DNA from: the human T2T-CHM13v2.0 reference genome, Homo sapiens
Assembly: GCF_009914755.1 (NCBI RefSeq)
Contig: NC_060935.1
Reading direction: 5' to 3' (one strand)
Length of the DNA: 64,000 nt
The notes under the pieces are model-generated. The model had not been told where the DNA came from. It ran no database searches and saw only the letters and a program-made list of their open reading frames with translations. Numbering within the stretch: position 1 is the first letter of the stretch; every line of letters begins with the position of its first letter. Below are positions 13,849-27,000 of the stretch, in pieces. The translations under genes and the position numbers were made by a program.

Positions 13849-13900
13849 GAGACAGAGAGTGAGAGAGAGAGAGAGAGAGAGAGTGTGTGTGTGTGTGTAT
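13849..13900. repeat. (GA)n(GT)n compound microsatellite
   Basis: Direct reading. Confidence 0.95.
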
Positions 13901-15620
13901 GTGGCAAACGTGATGGATAAGATGTTTGTCATGATTCTGGCTTGGCTGTGTGGATAGATGGTGACACTTTTAAGAATATGAATGAAAGAACTGGTTTTAG
14001 TGCAAAAATAGTGAGTTTTGTTAGAGATAAACTTTCAGGTAGAAACTTAAAGTGAGCAGTTGTATGTCTGAATCTGAGGTTAGGAAGAAAGGCCTGGGTT
14101 AGATATGTAAATCTGGGAGTGTGTTTTGTGTGTACAGGTGGCAGTGAGGGTAATGGAAGGAAAAGGATCACAGAAAGTGGGAAGCTCACAGGTTTGATCA
14201 TTGTTTCTGGATTTGAATCCTGGCTCTGTAACTGTGCTTCCTGTGTGACACATTGAGAAAGTTCTGTAACCACAATGAGCCCTAGTTTCTCATTTATTAA
14301 ATGGGGATGGAAGGATTGACCTTAAGGCATTGTTTGTTTATTTATTCAGTCATTAATTGAACAAATATTTATTGAGCTTCTACCATGTGCTTGGATCTGG
14401 CAATGCATATCTGAACAGAACAGACATAGTCCATGCTCTGAGTTGGCTTTCAGCCTTGACAATTACTGTAAGGGAAAATAACAGGAAGAATTGCATAAGA
14501 GAATAAATGTAGGACACTTGCCACAATTGTAGTATACAGAATAGGCCCTCAGACATTTCCAGCCAAAGTTATAACCTTAATGGAATGATGCAGATAGACT
14601 CCGGTTTCTGGTGGGTTGAGGAACAAATGAGAGATGAGAAATTGGCAATAACGAATAATGATTACTAGTTCAAAAGTTTGGCAGTTAAGAGAAATAAGAA
14701 TTTTGAGGGCTATATGGAGAAGACTAGTGGTTGAGGACAGATGTGGGGTTTTTCAAGATGTGAGTCTTGAGCATGTCGACATGCTGAGGGACAGGAGCTA
14801 GTGGAGAGGATGAAGTTAGAAGAAAGAAGCAGAGAGGTCTTTTGGGAAATAAGCAGATGCAAAGAAAAGCCCCTTTTTCTGAAATAGTAAAAGAAGCATG
14901 TGAAAGGGATTAAATGAGATAGTGCATTACAAAATGCAATGAATGGCATTTGAGGTACTTTAAAATTGTGTTGATTTTGGCTGTGAGCATGGATACACAC
15001 ATATCCATATTCATATCCGTGTACTAGTGTCTATAGCTACACACACCCGCCACACATGAACACATAGAGTTAAACGTTTTAGTTGAGACTGAAGGAGGAA
15101 AGCTGAAGTTCATACCTGGTCACCTTACTTTCTTGATAAAGGAAGAAGGCATCTGCTGAGAGATGGGACAGAATTGTAAGGTCATGAGGATAAGAGTGAT
15201 GGCTTAAGCTGGCCTCTTAAGGAATGACACAAAGAAGAAGGTGCACCTAGGGGAGAACCCCTGAATGACACTGGGGGTCTGCTGGAGATTGGAGATATAA
15301 CATATATCATATGTTATAGACACTTAGGGCTGGGGATTTCCTGCAGCAAGCCCCATTTCCCTCAGAACCTTTGGGGTTGGCTGGGAAGCTGTGGTGTAAC
15401 AAAAAGCAGGTGAGAGAGCAAAGGATGCTCAGTACAGGAAATGAAGTGGTGGACTACAGGGTTTGAGTGCATAGAACGAAAAGATGCACCCGAGGAGATC
15501 CCAGGGAGGATGACATTAGATGGCTCCATAACATCCAGGAGCAAGTGCCTGGGCAGTGAGGAAGGAGAGGAACTGGAAGAATTGAAAATGGTCATTAGAG
15601 GGTTGTATATTGGAATTTCA

Positions 15621-15949
<329 letters not shown>

Positions 15950-17376
15950 TAGTCTTAGAATGCCTCCTAGGTAAGGAGTTGCTAAGGTAGAGTGCAAGTG
16001 ATAGCCATAGGAAATTGAGGAGCTTTGAGGCTGCTCCTGCACCCTCCACCCACACTAGTGAACTGAATCTTCTTTCTGCAAGGTCCCAGTGGTCTTTAGT
16101 TGCCCAGTTATATGTCCTTTTCTTCATTCTCAAAATTTTTGACTTGTCTTAGAGTCCTTTCCTGTTGACCAACTCCTTCTTCATGCCCTCTGCTCCTTGA
16201 GTGTCTGGCACATGTATGTACTCTGGGTTCTCCTCTCCTTCCCATTCCTCCACTCTCCTCCCCATTCCTCCACTCTCCTCCTCTCAGCCCTCAACTTGCT
16301 GATGGAGACGTTCTCTGAAGACTCTTCTGTCTCCACATTCATGATCAGAGTCACACTGTGACAAAGGTGTGCACAAAAGATTGGTGGAGGGAAAGAGGAG
16401 GCAAGCAGACCAGTTACAACACTGGTTCTGGAGTCTGAGCAAATGGCACACAAGCCTGGAATTGGAAAGTGGCTCTGGGAAAGAGAATAGAGATGGATGT
16501 GGAACATATTTTGAGTTGATAATGGAAGTCAGCAGGACTTGACAACGGGGAGAAACATGTATATGGGGAAATGGAAACAGAAGGACAAAAGATGACTAAA
16601 ATGTTGAGACTTACTAAGAGGAAGACATTAACAGAAAGAGAGAACATGAGAGGACAGAGGCTTGGGTGTGAGGATCAAGGGAGATATTGGGTTCTGTGTG
16701 GGGCATGTTGAGTTTCAGGTAGTAGCAGCCCATTGAGATAAGATGTACAAAACATAGATGAAAATTGAAATGGTGACCCAAAGACAGCAAGGTGAGTACT
16801 AGAAATATATATTGGGGGTTAATGACCCTAAGTTAGTTGTGCGAATGACACACTAGAGCAGAGGAAGATAATGCCAATTGAGAACTAGTAGGAAGAGATG
16901 ATAGGAGAGCCAAGTAGAGAACCCCAGAGACAGCTATATTAAAGGGGTGGCATGAGAAAGGCTCTCAGAAATACAGATTTGTCATGACGTGGGCAAGAAG
17001 CAAGTAGAGATAGTGAAAAGAAAAGAGAAAGCAATAATCTTGAGGTCTAGGGAAGACTTAGTAGAAAGACGAGAATTTTTATGGCTCAGGGGAAGGAGAA
17101 AATAAGGGAGAGAATACAAGCAAAGAGCTACTTGTTGGATTAAGCTGTAATCAAGGAAGACCACAGCTGTGTACCCTATTCCTCTGAGGTGGTAGAGAAG
17201 GAGGAACATATGGGCAAAGAGGGAAATGTTGAGATGGAGAAACATGGCAGGCTGGTGGTCTTCAACATTCTTGTTAAAGGAGAAGGTAGGCATCTCCACA
17301 TGGAAGGCTTGGAGTAGATGCTTTAGGGAATGGAAAAGGTACTCGTTAGACCTGTAGGTGATGGCCTGGGAAGAAA

Positions 17377-17499
17377 TTGGGTGATTGGATGTCCTGGGTT
17401 GCCCAGGACAGTCATGGTTTACACATGTTGTTCCAGCATAATTATTTTAATTGTACCTCTTGTCACTCAGTTTGGAATATATATTGCAAGGTCACCCTA
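17377..17499. mobile_element. MER81-like (hAT-Blackjack) MITE
   Basis: gggtga...gtcctgggttgcccaggacagtc...ggtcacccta terminal inverted repeats. Confidence 0.65.
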
Positions 17500-17543
17500 G
17501 AGAGAAGCAATGAAGACTTAAAGACAAAAGGTGTTTCCCTGAG

Positions 17544-17572
<29 letters not shown>
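17544..17572. repeat. (CA)n microsatellite
   Basis: Direct reading. Confidence 0.95.
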
Positions 17573-17577
<5 letters not shown>

Positions 17578-17952
17578 AGAACCCTGGCATGTTCTGCTTA
17601 AAAAGCTGAGGCACACAGCATGTCGTTTGCACTGTTGGGTCCAACAGAGAAATGAATGGCTCAAAAGTCTAGAGAGAGCACCTAGGACATTTGAAATTTA
17701 GTTCATTAGAACTTCACTGTTGAGCAGATGCACACATCCAAGTTGAAAATGTTCAAGGTTTATTCCCACATCAAACAAACCAAATAAACAACAACTTTTT
17801 CTTTGTATTGGTTCTATTTGGAGCAATTGTCAATGCATTCTTCTGTCCTCTTTTTTCCTACTTTCTTGGTACATAATACACATACTAGTCAGACAGTGGC
17901 ATTAGGTTATTTGGAAGTTGTAACTTTTTTAAAATCACCCTCTATATCATTA

Positions 17953-18830
17953 ACTCTAAGTATTTTTGGTTCAGGCTTCTCTATACTCCTACACATTACT
18001 GAGGACCCCAAAGATCTTTTATTCTGTCGGCTTTCTGAATCGATGATTATAATTATGGAAAAACTGAAAAACTTAAATATTTATTTATTAACTCACTTAA
18101 AATAGCAGTAATACATATGTTATCAAAAATAATATATTTTATGAAAAACCAATAAATTTTTCAAAACAAAAAGTATCAAGAGGCGCTTTTTTATTTTTGC
18201 AAATTATTTTAATATCTGCCTTAATAAAAGACAACCGATTCTCCTATCTACTTCTGCATTCGATCTACTGAATACCCTTCAATAGAAATGTATGAAGAAA
18301 ATCCAGCCTCACACAGATATGTAGGGAGGAATATTTTAATAGCCGTCAAAGGTAATTGTGGGCATTCTTTAATACTACACCAACATTTGACAAGCAGAAG
18401 TTCATTAAAATTTGGTTGCAATGTGGAATCTGAAATCATCTATTGGTCATTTAGAAAATATTGGTTCACTGAATTATACAGTGTTGACAATAATAATATA
18501 TATAATATCTAAAAATTGTATACATTGGTATCACCACAAGTTCATCAGACAAGTCTTTAAGTATTGGAAAATTGTTAAGCTTATGTTGGTAGATATGAGT
18601 TTCCAAAAAGCAATTCTTCACTTGAAAGCTTGAATTTTATTGTTAGCCACAAATACTACCAAGTTGTTTCCTTAAAATGACAGGCTTACTTCATTCATTG
18701 TTGGGAAAATGTCTTCCAGAGACCCAAGTCTGGATAACTTTGTTTCTCTGTCAGTAGTTATTTCATGAAAAAATGTGAATCCATGAAAAACGTGGCTAGT
18801 TGAGCTCACTACTCAGTTGCATGAATGTTT
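17953..18830 (-). mobile_element. Charlie1-type hAT DNA transposon fragment with decayed transposase C-terminus
   Basis: tgaggaccccaaaga terminal region; minus-strand ORF 18248-18439 contains CW..IKECPQL...AIKIFLPTYLCEAGFS, the hAT dimerisation-domain motif. Confidence 0.85.
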
Positions 18831-20109
18831 TTCCCCTGGAGACTATTGTACTTCAGTGCACAGCAGAAGTGCTCTATTCTCCCTTCCCCTTTGGTCACAC
18901 AGAATTTTAAGAAGATGTGTATGTTCTCATGACATGCTCCCACCTTTCTCTTCTTCTCTCCCCTTGTCCCTCCATCTTTGTTGCTCCTGTAATAAGCCAA
19001 TCCCTGTGCATTGTACAATGTCCTGGTTGCTTTTTAAAACTATCTCCGTAAGTTGTGGTTTTGCAAGCCAAATTATAGAGTTCACCCAGGGGCACAGCTC
19101 AGATATCATTCCTTCTCATTAATTAACATGTTTTGCTGAGATGTGTAGTAGACATGCTGTACATAGCTGTCCAGTGAACATTGGATGAATGAGGTGGATG
19201 AGAGCCTCTCCTATTTATTGGGTTAAGTAGGGTTGTTGAGGGTATATTTTTGCTCAATTGAATTATTAAGACAAACAACATCACCCAATAACAGCAGACA
19301 GCTTAATAACTGTGTTTATCTAAAACATCAAGTTTTGTGTTTCAGACATATTTCTTTAGTAATAAATAACACCACACTATTTCTAACAATAGTTATCTCT
19401 AGAGACCAGTGCTACCAAGTAAAACGTAAAGCTCAGCATCTCCTTTGATGCAAGATGAGGGTTTTTAGATACAGTGTAGACCTTTATAGAGTAGTGATTT
19501 AATCTTTCTAAATTACATACTGATGCCTGTGAGATTTCCACAAGATTAATCATCTAATATCATCGATAGCTTGTTGCAGCTTATTTGTAAAAGGTAACAA
19601 GATAATTTAAAAAAAACTTACATTCATCTGTTTTCTCAAATTTGATAGTCATAAATATCGTAGTTGATAATTAGGAGTTACATTCTGTGTTTCATATATT
19701 TAAATTGTATATATTTCTTAAGTGAGATGTTTATGTATTCTAATAATTCACTTTTTTGTGTGTAAGCACCTGTTGGAAATAAAATAATACTAGATAATTA
19801 GGCAATATCCAGAATTGCAGAAATGTTTACAGTGGCAAGTAAGTCTCCATTTTCAGTTCACCTGTCTCCCTCAGAACTGCCACTCTGAGAATCCACTGCA
19901 TAGCTGGGTGAAACTTACTAGATATTGTGAAGAAAATGAAGTCTGTGGTGTAGCCCTTACAGCTGAGAATTAAACTATCCTTTCAGACTTTTTCTGCATA
20001 TATAAACATGTATTAGAGAATTATTTCTATTACATGCATTTTATTTTTTTTTCCTTTTATCGTTTTCTTTATAGTCAAAGCAAAAGGGGTGGTTCATCTA
20101 CAGTGATTC

Positions 20110-20300
20110 TTTTTTTGTTTTTTTTATTATACTTTAAGTTTTAGGGTACATGTGCACAACGTGCAGGTTAGTTACATATGTATACGTGTGCCATGTTGGT
20201 GTGCTGCACCTATTAACTCGTCATTTAACATTAGGTATATCTCCTAATGCTATCCCTCCCCCCTCCCCCCACCCCACAACAGGCCCTGGTGTGTGATGTT
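20110..20300 (-). mobile_element. L1PA 3' end, 5'-truncated
   Basis: ttatactttaagttttagggtacatgtgcacaacgtgcagg...aggccctggtgtgtgatgtt. Confidence 0.95.
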
Positions 20301-20362
20301 ATTACACACACCCCAAAAGTGAGAATGTAGTTGTAGCTTTTAGCAATGTGATTTGTAACATA

Positions 20363-20421
20363 TCATTACTCAGTGTTCATTACTATATGTATTCATTACT
20401 CAGTGTTCATTACTGTATGTA
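20363..20421. repeat. 30-bp tandem duplication (2 copies)
   Basis: tcattactcagtgttcattact(a/g)tatgta occurs twice. Confidence 0.9.
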
Positions 20422-23322
20422 GCTCCTTCCTTCCCACTGTGCCTGAAACTAGGTTTCACGTGTACCTGCTAATACCATGTAGACAGAACCATGTGTGCCC
20501 CATGCCTGGAGAGACTGTGGCCAGCAAGAAGGCTGGTTTGCAGCTGATGTTATTCCTATCAGCGCCTGAGGTCACACATAGGGCAGGCCCTGCTGAGCTT
20601 CCTAGGGCAGTCTTTGAACACCAAGCTTAGGAACGCAGCTTTGGACAATCTCTCACCACATTGGAGTTGACAGCATGAATGCAATCATGGAGCTAAATGG
20701 TGTTTCAGAGAATGAGATTGTACCTCCTCTTTAGTTCTGCTTCGCTCCAGGTTACCAACTGCCCCAGTTTCCATGGGACTGTTCTAATAGCAAGACATGA
20801 AGTCCGAGGGCCCCTTTTATGTTGCCCAATTTTCCTGGCACTGGTACAAAATCCCAAATCATGTGCAGTGGGAGTGAACTTGGAACTGCAGAGTTTTGCA
20901 GGGATTATGAAAGAATCAGACACAACCCATGTTACTGATCTTCAATAAAGAGAAACTCCAGAGCATTTCTTCCCCTGAACTGATTTTACTTTTTGTCAAC
21001 AGCAGCCAATACAAAGCCTCAAACCCACTTGGCATTCGGCACTTTTGCATCAGAAACTGCCTGTGTTATTGTGCCAGTGGTTGCCCTAGGTGTTCATCAT
21101 GAGCACTTAAAATGATTGCTTTTGCAGTTGCAGATGGCTGTACCGGTTCCAAACAAAGAGGGTCACTGAGGGCTCTGCTTATAGAGTGCAGTTTCTGGAA
21201 GGAATTCACCACAGATTGTACAATGAAGCCCAAGCTCGCTGGACTCTGCTGGCCCAGGGAATTTTTACAAGGTTAAGTCAGCCATAAATTCTGTCTGGGC
21301 CTTGTCTGTTCCCTGATAGTTCCTCTAGGGCTTTTTCGAGAGTTTAAATTAAACTATCTTCTTGTCCATTGAGATGCACAACTCCCACTCCCTATGGATG
21401 TGTTTGTGCAAGCTCCGTCACAAGAATACGTGGGAAGTTGGGTTCTGTCTTCACTGCCATCTCACAAGAGAAGAGAGTTGAGGGACAGTACTGAATTACA
21501 CATGATCGTGATCTACACAGACCATCCGTTTTAGAAAAAAATTGAAAATCTCTGCCACCTAGGAGAAAAGAGAGTAGGGAATCAAAAGAGCCCCCCAAGA
21601 GATGATTACTTTCATCTTATAAAATGAAAATTATAAACTACAGGGAGTTTCTTTGTAGATTAAAAAAATCTTATTTCAGAACGTTTTACTTCTTTCTTCA
21701 GAACGTTTCATTTCTGCTCCTTACATCTACATAGTATTTTAAAATTGGTGCATGTCATACCTTGGACTTGGAATTCTTTTCTTTTTTTTCTTGTTATTGC
21801 CAAACCCTGTGCCCCCGAAAGAGTTCCAGGTGTTCATAAGAGGCTGCTGGAGTGTATTCTTCCTGTCAAATGTGCAATTACTGAGTTATCAAAAATACAT
21901 GGGCTCCCTTATCCTGATTCTGTTCTCATTTTTGGACAGTTTATTCCTGAGACTGATCAATCTTGTAATCAGGTTAAACCTCTTATAAAAAACATTTAGT
22001 GCTTTTATCATAGATAAACCACATAAAATCCCCCTGCCTGTTGAGTATGGTCAGTATGTCATGCTAGTAAAGAAAGTCACCTTGTTTCCTCTTAAGCATG
22101 AGGATGTAGTAAAAGAAACTCTTGTTGATTTGGCTTCCCGCCCACCCCCTTTGCCCATCATTCAGCAGAACCTGGAGTGTGTAGGTTTCTAGTGGCTTGC
22201 AGCAGAACTGAGGGAGAAGAGAAGGTGGAGAAGCACTGTGGTTGAGCTCCATAGAGTAGGCTGGGCTTCTGCAGAGCCTTCTATGCCAGGGAGCAGCTGG
22301 TCATTTTTGTCCATCCCCTGAACTGATTTTTTTTCCCCTGAAACCTTGGCTTGGATCGCTTCCTGCAAACAACGTGAAATCTTGCATGTGTGCCAGGTGA
22401 ACTGCTGTTCGAGATATTTTCAGAATTCAAGGGTGTTATGCTAGGAAGTCAGGATCATTTAAGTAAAACAAACAAACAAGCAATTATGGGGTTTTATTTC
22501 TGTATAATCTGTAATTTTGAGTTGTAGTTCCTTGGGGGGAGGAGCAGCCTGAGATGGTTATGGTGTGTTACCAGGCAATTGCTACAGGAACAAGGCCAGG
22601 GGCCTACTGTAATTTAGCCTTTGCAAACAAAGCTAAAAATATCAAAACATGATATTATAGCAACCCCTTTGTCTTTTTGGTTTCCAGTCATTAGAAGCAT
22701 GTTTTTTGTCTTGTCATTTATTTGTTTAAAAAAATGAAAAAAAAATCCCATCTCAGGCTCCAGGTGCCTGCTGCAGTGTAGGAGCAGGGCCCTGTGCATA
22801 ATGAAGCTGCCCTTGCTGGCTGCTAACATAGAAGTCAGGAGACCAAGGCGCCTGCTGTTATCTTAGAGATTGTTTTTGCAGTGCTTGCTTCTGGCCTAAT
22901 AACTACTGGAGGTGAAAATGGAAGAATCCATTTTTCTTTTCTAAATTACATGGAAAGCCAGCCCATGATGTCACTCTTCTAGAACAAATAACATTTAAAA
23001 AAATTGTTTTAATGGATTTTTGAGATAAATATGAATTGCTGTGGAGGGATAGCAGTGATGTAATGGAAAAAGAAAAAAATGAATGTGGGACTGTCTAAAT
23101 GTTTGTCTCCACCAGGAATGTTATTGGATTCTGCCCTGTTTGTTCTTCCTTTGTTAGTTACGGTCACGGGGCATATTCTCAGTGGGCAGACCACAAGACA
23201 CAGGCAGTGGAGACGCGATCTCATTAACGATTCAACACGCCACCCTAGTGGCCACCCGAGCACATATTCCGCATGGAAATTCGAAATGGACGTTCAGTTC
23301 ATTGCTTTGGCTCTCTGGGAAA

Positions 23323-23480
23323 GAGGCTCTCAGCTTGGGTTGCATGGGAAAATCACCTGGACTCTTAACAATTACTAACGCCCTCTCCATCCCTTCACAC
23401 TCAAATTCCCCTAGTCACAGGTAGGGCTCAGACTTAAGTATTTTTCAAGCTCTCCGTGCAGCCAGGGTGAAGAACCACTG
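23323..23480. mobile_element. MER5A-like hAT MITE
   Basis: ctctcagcttggg...aatcacctgg...tttttcaagctc...gcagccagggtgaagaaccactg. Confidence 0.7.
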
Positions 23481-24494
23481 TCTTAGAGGAAAGCAAGTTT
23501 GGGCAAATCCAAGTGCAGCCTCATCTGGCAACCTCAAACTCTGCTGACCTCCTTCTGCTCAAGAGAAGATGTCTTCTTGCCCTCCAGAAGAAAGGCAGAG
23601 AAGACCTTTGGGAATTGGAGTCAGGGTTGTAATTTTCTTAGGCTGTGGCATATCTTTTTCTGTCTGTAAAATAAATACCGCAAAAGTGCTGAAAAAGTCT
23701 GGAAAAAAAACCACCCATGCTGCTGTTTTGCATCAGTATTGGCTCAGCAGCCGGGTCAGCCAGGCAGATTTAATGCCTTTGTTATAATAAGAACCTTTTT
23801 CTTCACCCAGGGGAATAGGATGTCACAGTTTTGACCTCTGTGGTTTCGCTATTGACCTGGTCCTCAAAGCCAGAGAGTTCAGAGCTAGGTCTGAGGTTCT
23901 GAGGTTCTTCTCCTGGGAATTGTCAAGAGTGTTATGGAAAGCAATTTGTTAGGGATGAGACATCTCTCTGGTGAATGGTAATACTCTGAAAGGAAGAGAT
24001 GTGTCCAGCCTTGTCTCAGAGAGGCCAGTAGGGAGTGCCCTTTGCTGTCTGCCAAGAGGGAAAACCGTATGTTGAGGAGCGTTCTGCTTGTTGGATAAGA
24101 AGTGAACATCTAGAATGGAGTTAAAGAAAAGTTTTGCTCAGACCTGGCTAAGATCGAAAGAAGAAAGTGTCAGGGTTCAACTGCCCTGAAGACGTAAGTG
24201 TCCAGGCAGTATGCCCAGTGCTGCGGGTGCCGGGCTGTGCAAATGAGAGCTGGTCTCAACACCCTAGAGTATGCAGTGAAGGGGAGAAGAGAGGGAGTGA
24301 GCAAGTATTGGGAGGAATTTCACAAGGGAGGTGCTGGGTGCCATGAGAAGAGACAACTGTAGGACCCTACCCACTGGCATGTTCCCAGATGGCCACTGAA
24401 TGGGATTGCCGAACACCACATTATCTTGCAAGGTTGGATGGAGCATCCTCCCTCCCCTTGTGCAGATATCACTGCAGGTAGACCAGATGCCTCT

Positions 24495-24632
24495 GGGTAC
24501 ATGCTCTGCAGTCTGCATTTAGCGCTGTACTCTGAACTAAGGGTGGAGAAGAGGACTCCATGGGGGTACATGCTCTGCAGTCTGCACTTAGCACTGCACT
24601 CTGAACTAAGAGTGGAGAAGAGGACTCCATGG
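24495..24632. repeat. 69-bp direct tandem duplication (2 copies, 4 transitions)
   Basis: Copies at 24495-24563 and 24564-24632. Confidence 0.97.
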
Positions 24633-25468
24633 TAAGAAACACAAACTGACTTGTTTTCTCCTACAATACCCATACTCACTTCTAATACTTCACTTCTGAC
24701 ATGAGATGTTGGGGCAGGGGCATTCCCACACACCAAGCAATTCTCCAGTGAACACCAACAAGGTGTCCTATAATTTAAATCATTTCTGACACTGTCTACC
24801 TGGAGTTAGAGTCAGATCCCACAGGCTAAAGGCTCAGTCCCACGAGACTGCCCTCACATCACATTTCAGTCGCAAGTCCCAGGTTGTGACCTTTGCTTCT
24901 GACCCTCCAGCCATTAATCAGGGTTCCCACAACCCCCTCCTTAGGTTCCATGATTGCTAGGATGGCTCACAGAACTCAGGGAAACACATATTTACATTTA
25001 CTGATTCATGATAAAGGATAAGGATATTACAGAGGATATAGTTGAACAGCCAGATGAAAAGGTACTCAGGGCAAGGTGTGTGGAAAGAGGTTCAGAGCTT
25101 CCATGCCTTCTCTGGGTGCACCATCCTCCCAGAACCTTTGCCTGGTCAGCAGCCCAGAAACCCTCTGAACCCTGCACTTCAGAGATTTTTATGGAGGCTT
25201 CATCACGTAGGCAGGATCCATTATTAATTCAATCTCCAATCCTTCCACCCTTCTCAAAGGCTGTAGAGCAGGGCTGAATGCTCCAACCTTCTAATCATGA
25301 TTTGGTCTTCCTGATGACCAACCCCAGCCAGGAGCCCACCGAAAGTCAACTAATTTGAACAAAAGACTCTCCTATATCACCCAGGAAATTCTAAGAGAGT
25401 AGGAGCTGTATGTTGGCAACAGGGGTCAAAGACAAAATATATGTTTCTAATTTTGTCACGATATCACA
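24632..25468 (-). mobile_element. MER21-family solo LTR
   Basis: tctgacactgtctacctggagttagagtcagatcccacagg...ggctcacagaactcagggaaac...atatcaca end. Confidence 0.85.
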
Positions 25469-26224
25469 GGGACCCACTGTCTGCTCATTGGCAGCAAGCA
25501 CCCAGCATGACAATGGAAACGTGTCTGTGGGGAGAACAGAAGTTAGAAAAAGGTGGCTGTGAAGTAGCCTGTGGCATTGTGGAACCCACCTTTCCATTAT
25601 TCAGGACCCTCCACAAGGTAGAAAGTGACTTAGAAAGTCACTTAGAAAGAAAAGGAAATTTAAGTAAAACCACCCCATCCACTTAGATGAATTTGGAAAA
25701 GGCCAATCGCTTTCTGATGCACCTGTTCAAAAAGATAATTTCTAAGTCCTCTTTAGAGCTAAGATCCAGAATCTCCACTGTGGTCTCTGGGCTCCGAGTA
25801 GACTCACTTAGTCTGTTTTGATTCAGCCTCAGGCCTTCTGCTTGTCTTACAAGCAGAGAATGGGAAGTACTAAGAATCTCCACTTCTCAGACTAAGTCAG
25901 GGCCTGTAGTTCATTTTAAAAGCAGGTTCAAGACTTGCAGTTTAAACCTTTGAGACATCTGGTCGTAGCTGGGATCTATATAGCCTTTGCTTCCCCCACC
26001 CCCGATGGGACCATTATGAGAGTAGAATGTTTTCCTGCACCCTTACGACCCTATTGTCCATGCCTGAGTGAAGAAACCTCTGGTTTCTCTGGTTGGGGAA
26101 GGCTCTGGCTGTCTGTACTCCTCTGTGGTAGCTCAGCCCCAGTGTAGAGAAGACCACCACTGGCTCTCTCCTGGCTTCTCGCCTGGTCCGGTTTCTCTTG
26201 CTCCTAAATAGCAAAACCGACTGA

Positions 26225-26537
26225 TTTTTTTTTTTTTGAAATGGAGTCTCGCTCTGTCACCCAGGCTGGAGTGCAGTGGCGTGATCTCGGCTCACTGCAA
26301 GCTCTGCCTCCCGGGTTCATGCCATTCTCCTTTCTCCTGCCTCAGCCTCCCAAGTAGCTGGGACTACAGGCGCCTACCACCATGCCCGGCTAATTTTTTT
26401 TTTATTTTTACTTATTTTTAGTAGAGACGGGGTTTCACCGTGTTAGCCAGGGTGGTCCCGATCTCCTGACCTCGTGATCTGCCTGCCTCGGCCTCCCAAA
26501 GTGCTGGGATTACAGGCGTGAGCCACCGCGCCCGGGC
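26225..26537 (-). mobile_element. AluY
   Basis: AluY diagnostics gcaagctc, gccattctcc, tgttagccagg; TSD aaaa(cc/tt)gactgattt. Confidence 0.97.
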
Positions 26538-26829
26538 AAAATTGACTGATTTCTTTCCACGCCTGTTTATATTTCCCGCCTTCTCCCTGGGAAATGTGAT
26601 AATGATCAGAAAAATAGCAAAAAGGCAACAGCAGGAAGACAGTGGAGGGGCATAGGGCTGGATCTCAACCATGGTCCTAGCTGCCTTCCAGCATAGTTGC
26701 TAGGGTCAAGATCTGTGAAAGGGATTTGCAGATGAGGGACTCTGAAAATCGTAGGAAAACACAGTAATAACGCACCAATGGGTGCTACCTGTCTCCACGT
26801 CAGTGAGCCAGCCAGAGGCACTCCTCTAC

Positions 26830-27000
26830 CATTACAAATCCAGTGGAATAGCTGTTTGACCTTGGGCAAGTCATTTTAACCTTTCTCAGCCTCAACTTCC
26901 TCACCTGTAAAATAGGTGCATTTTACTTAAAGCACAGATTGTTTAAAGATTGATGTGATATGAATATGAGAGGACATGGCAAAGTACAAGGAATAATAAA
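26830..27000 (+). mobile_element. MIR
   Basis: tagctgtttgaccttgggcaagtcattttaacctttctcagcctcaacttcctcacctgtaaaat core. Confidence 0.85.

Noticed and set aside
16241-16280. Exact 20-bp tandem duplication cccattcctccactctcctc
   Set aside because: Ordinary slippage in a pyrimidine-rich repeat remnant.
18248-18439. hAT transposase-like ORF as a domesticated gene
   Set aside because: Short, indel-damaged remnant within a Charlie1 fossil, with no long frame.
20110-20340. TSD or transduction for the minus-strand L1PA
   Set aside because: No convincing flanking direct repeat found.
24495-24632. CRISPR-like or other array interpretation of the direct repeats
   Set aside because: Two adjacent copies with no spacer, in primate DNA. 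No CRISPR array, tRNA, rRNA or recognisable snRNA/miRNA was seen in the window.
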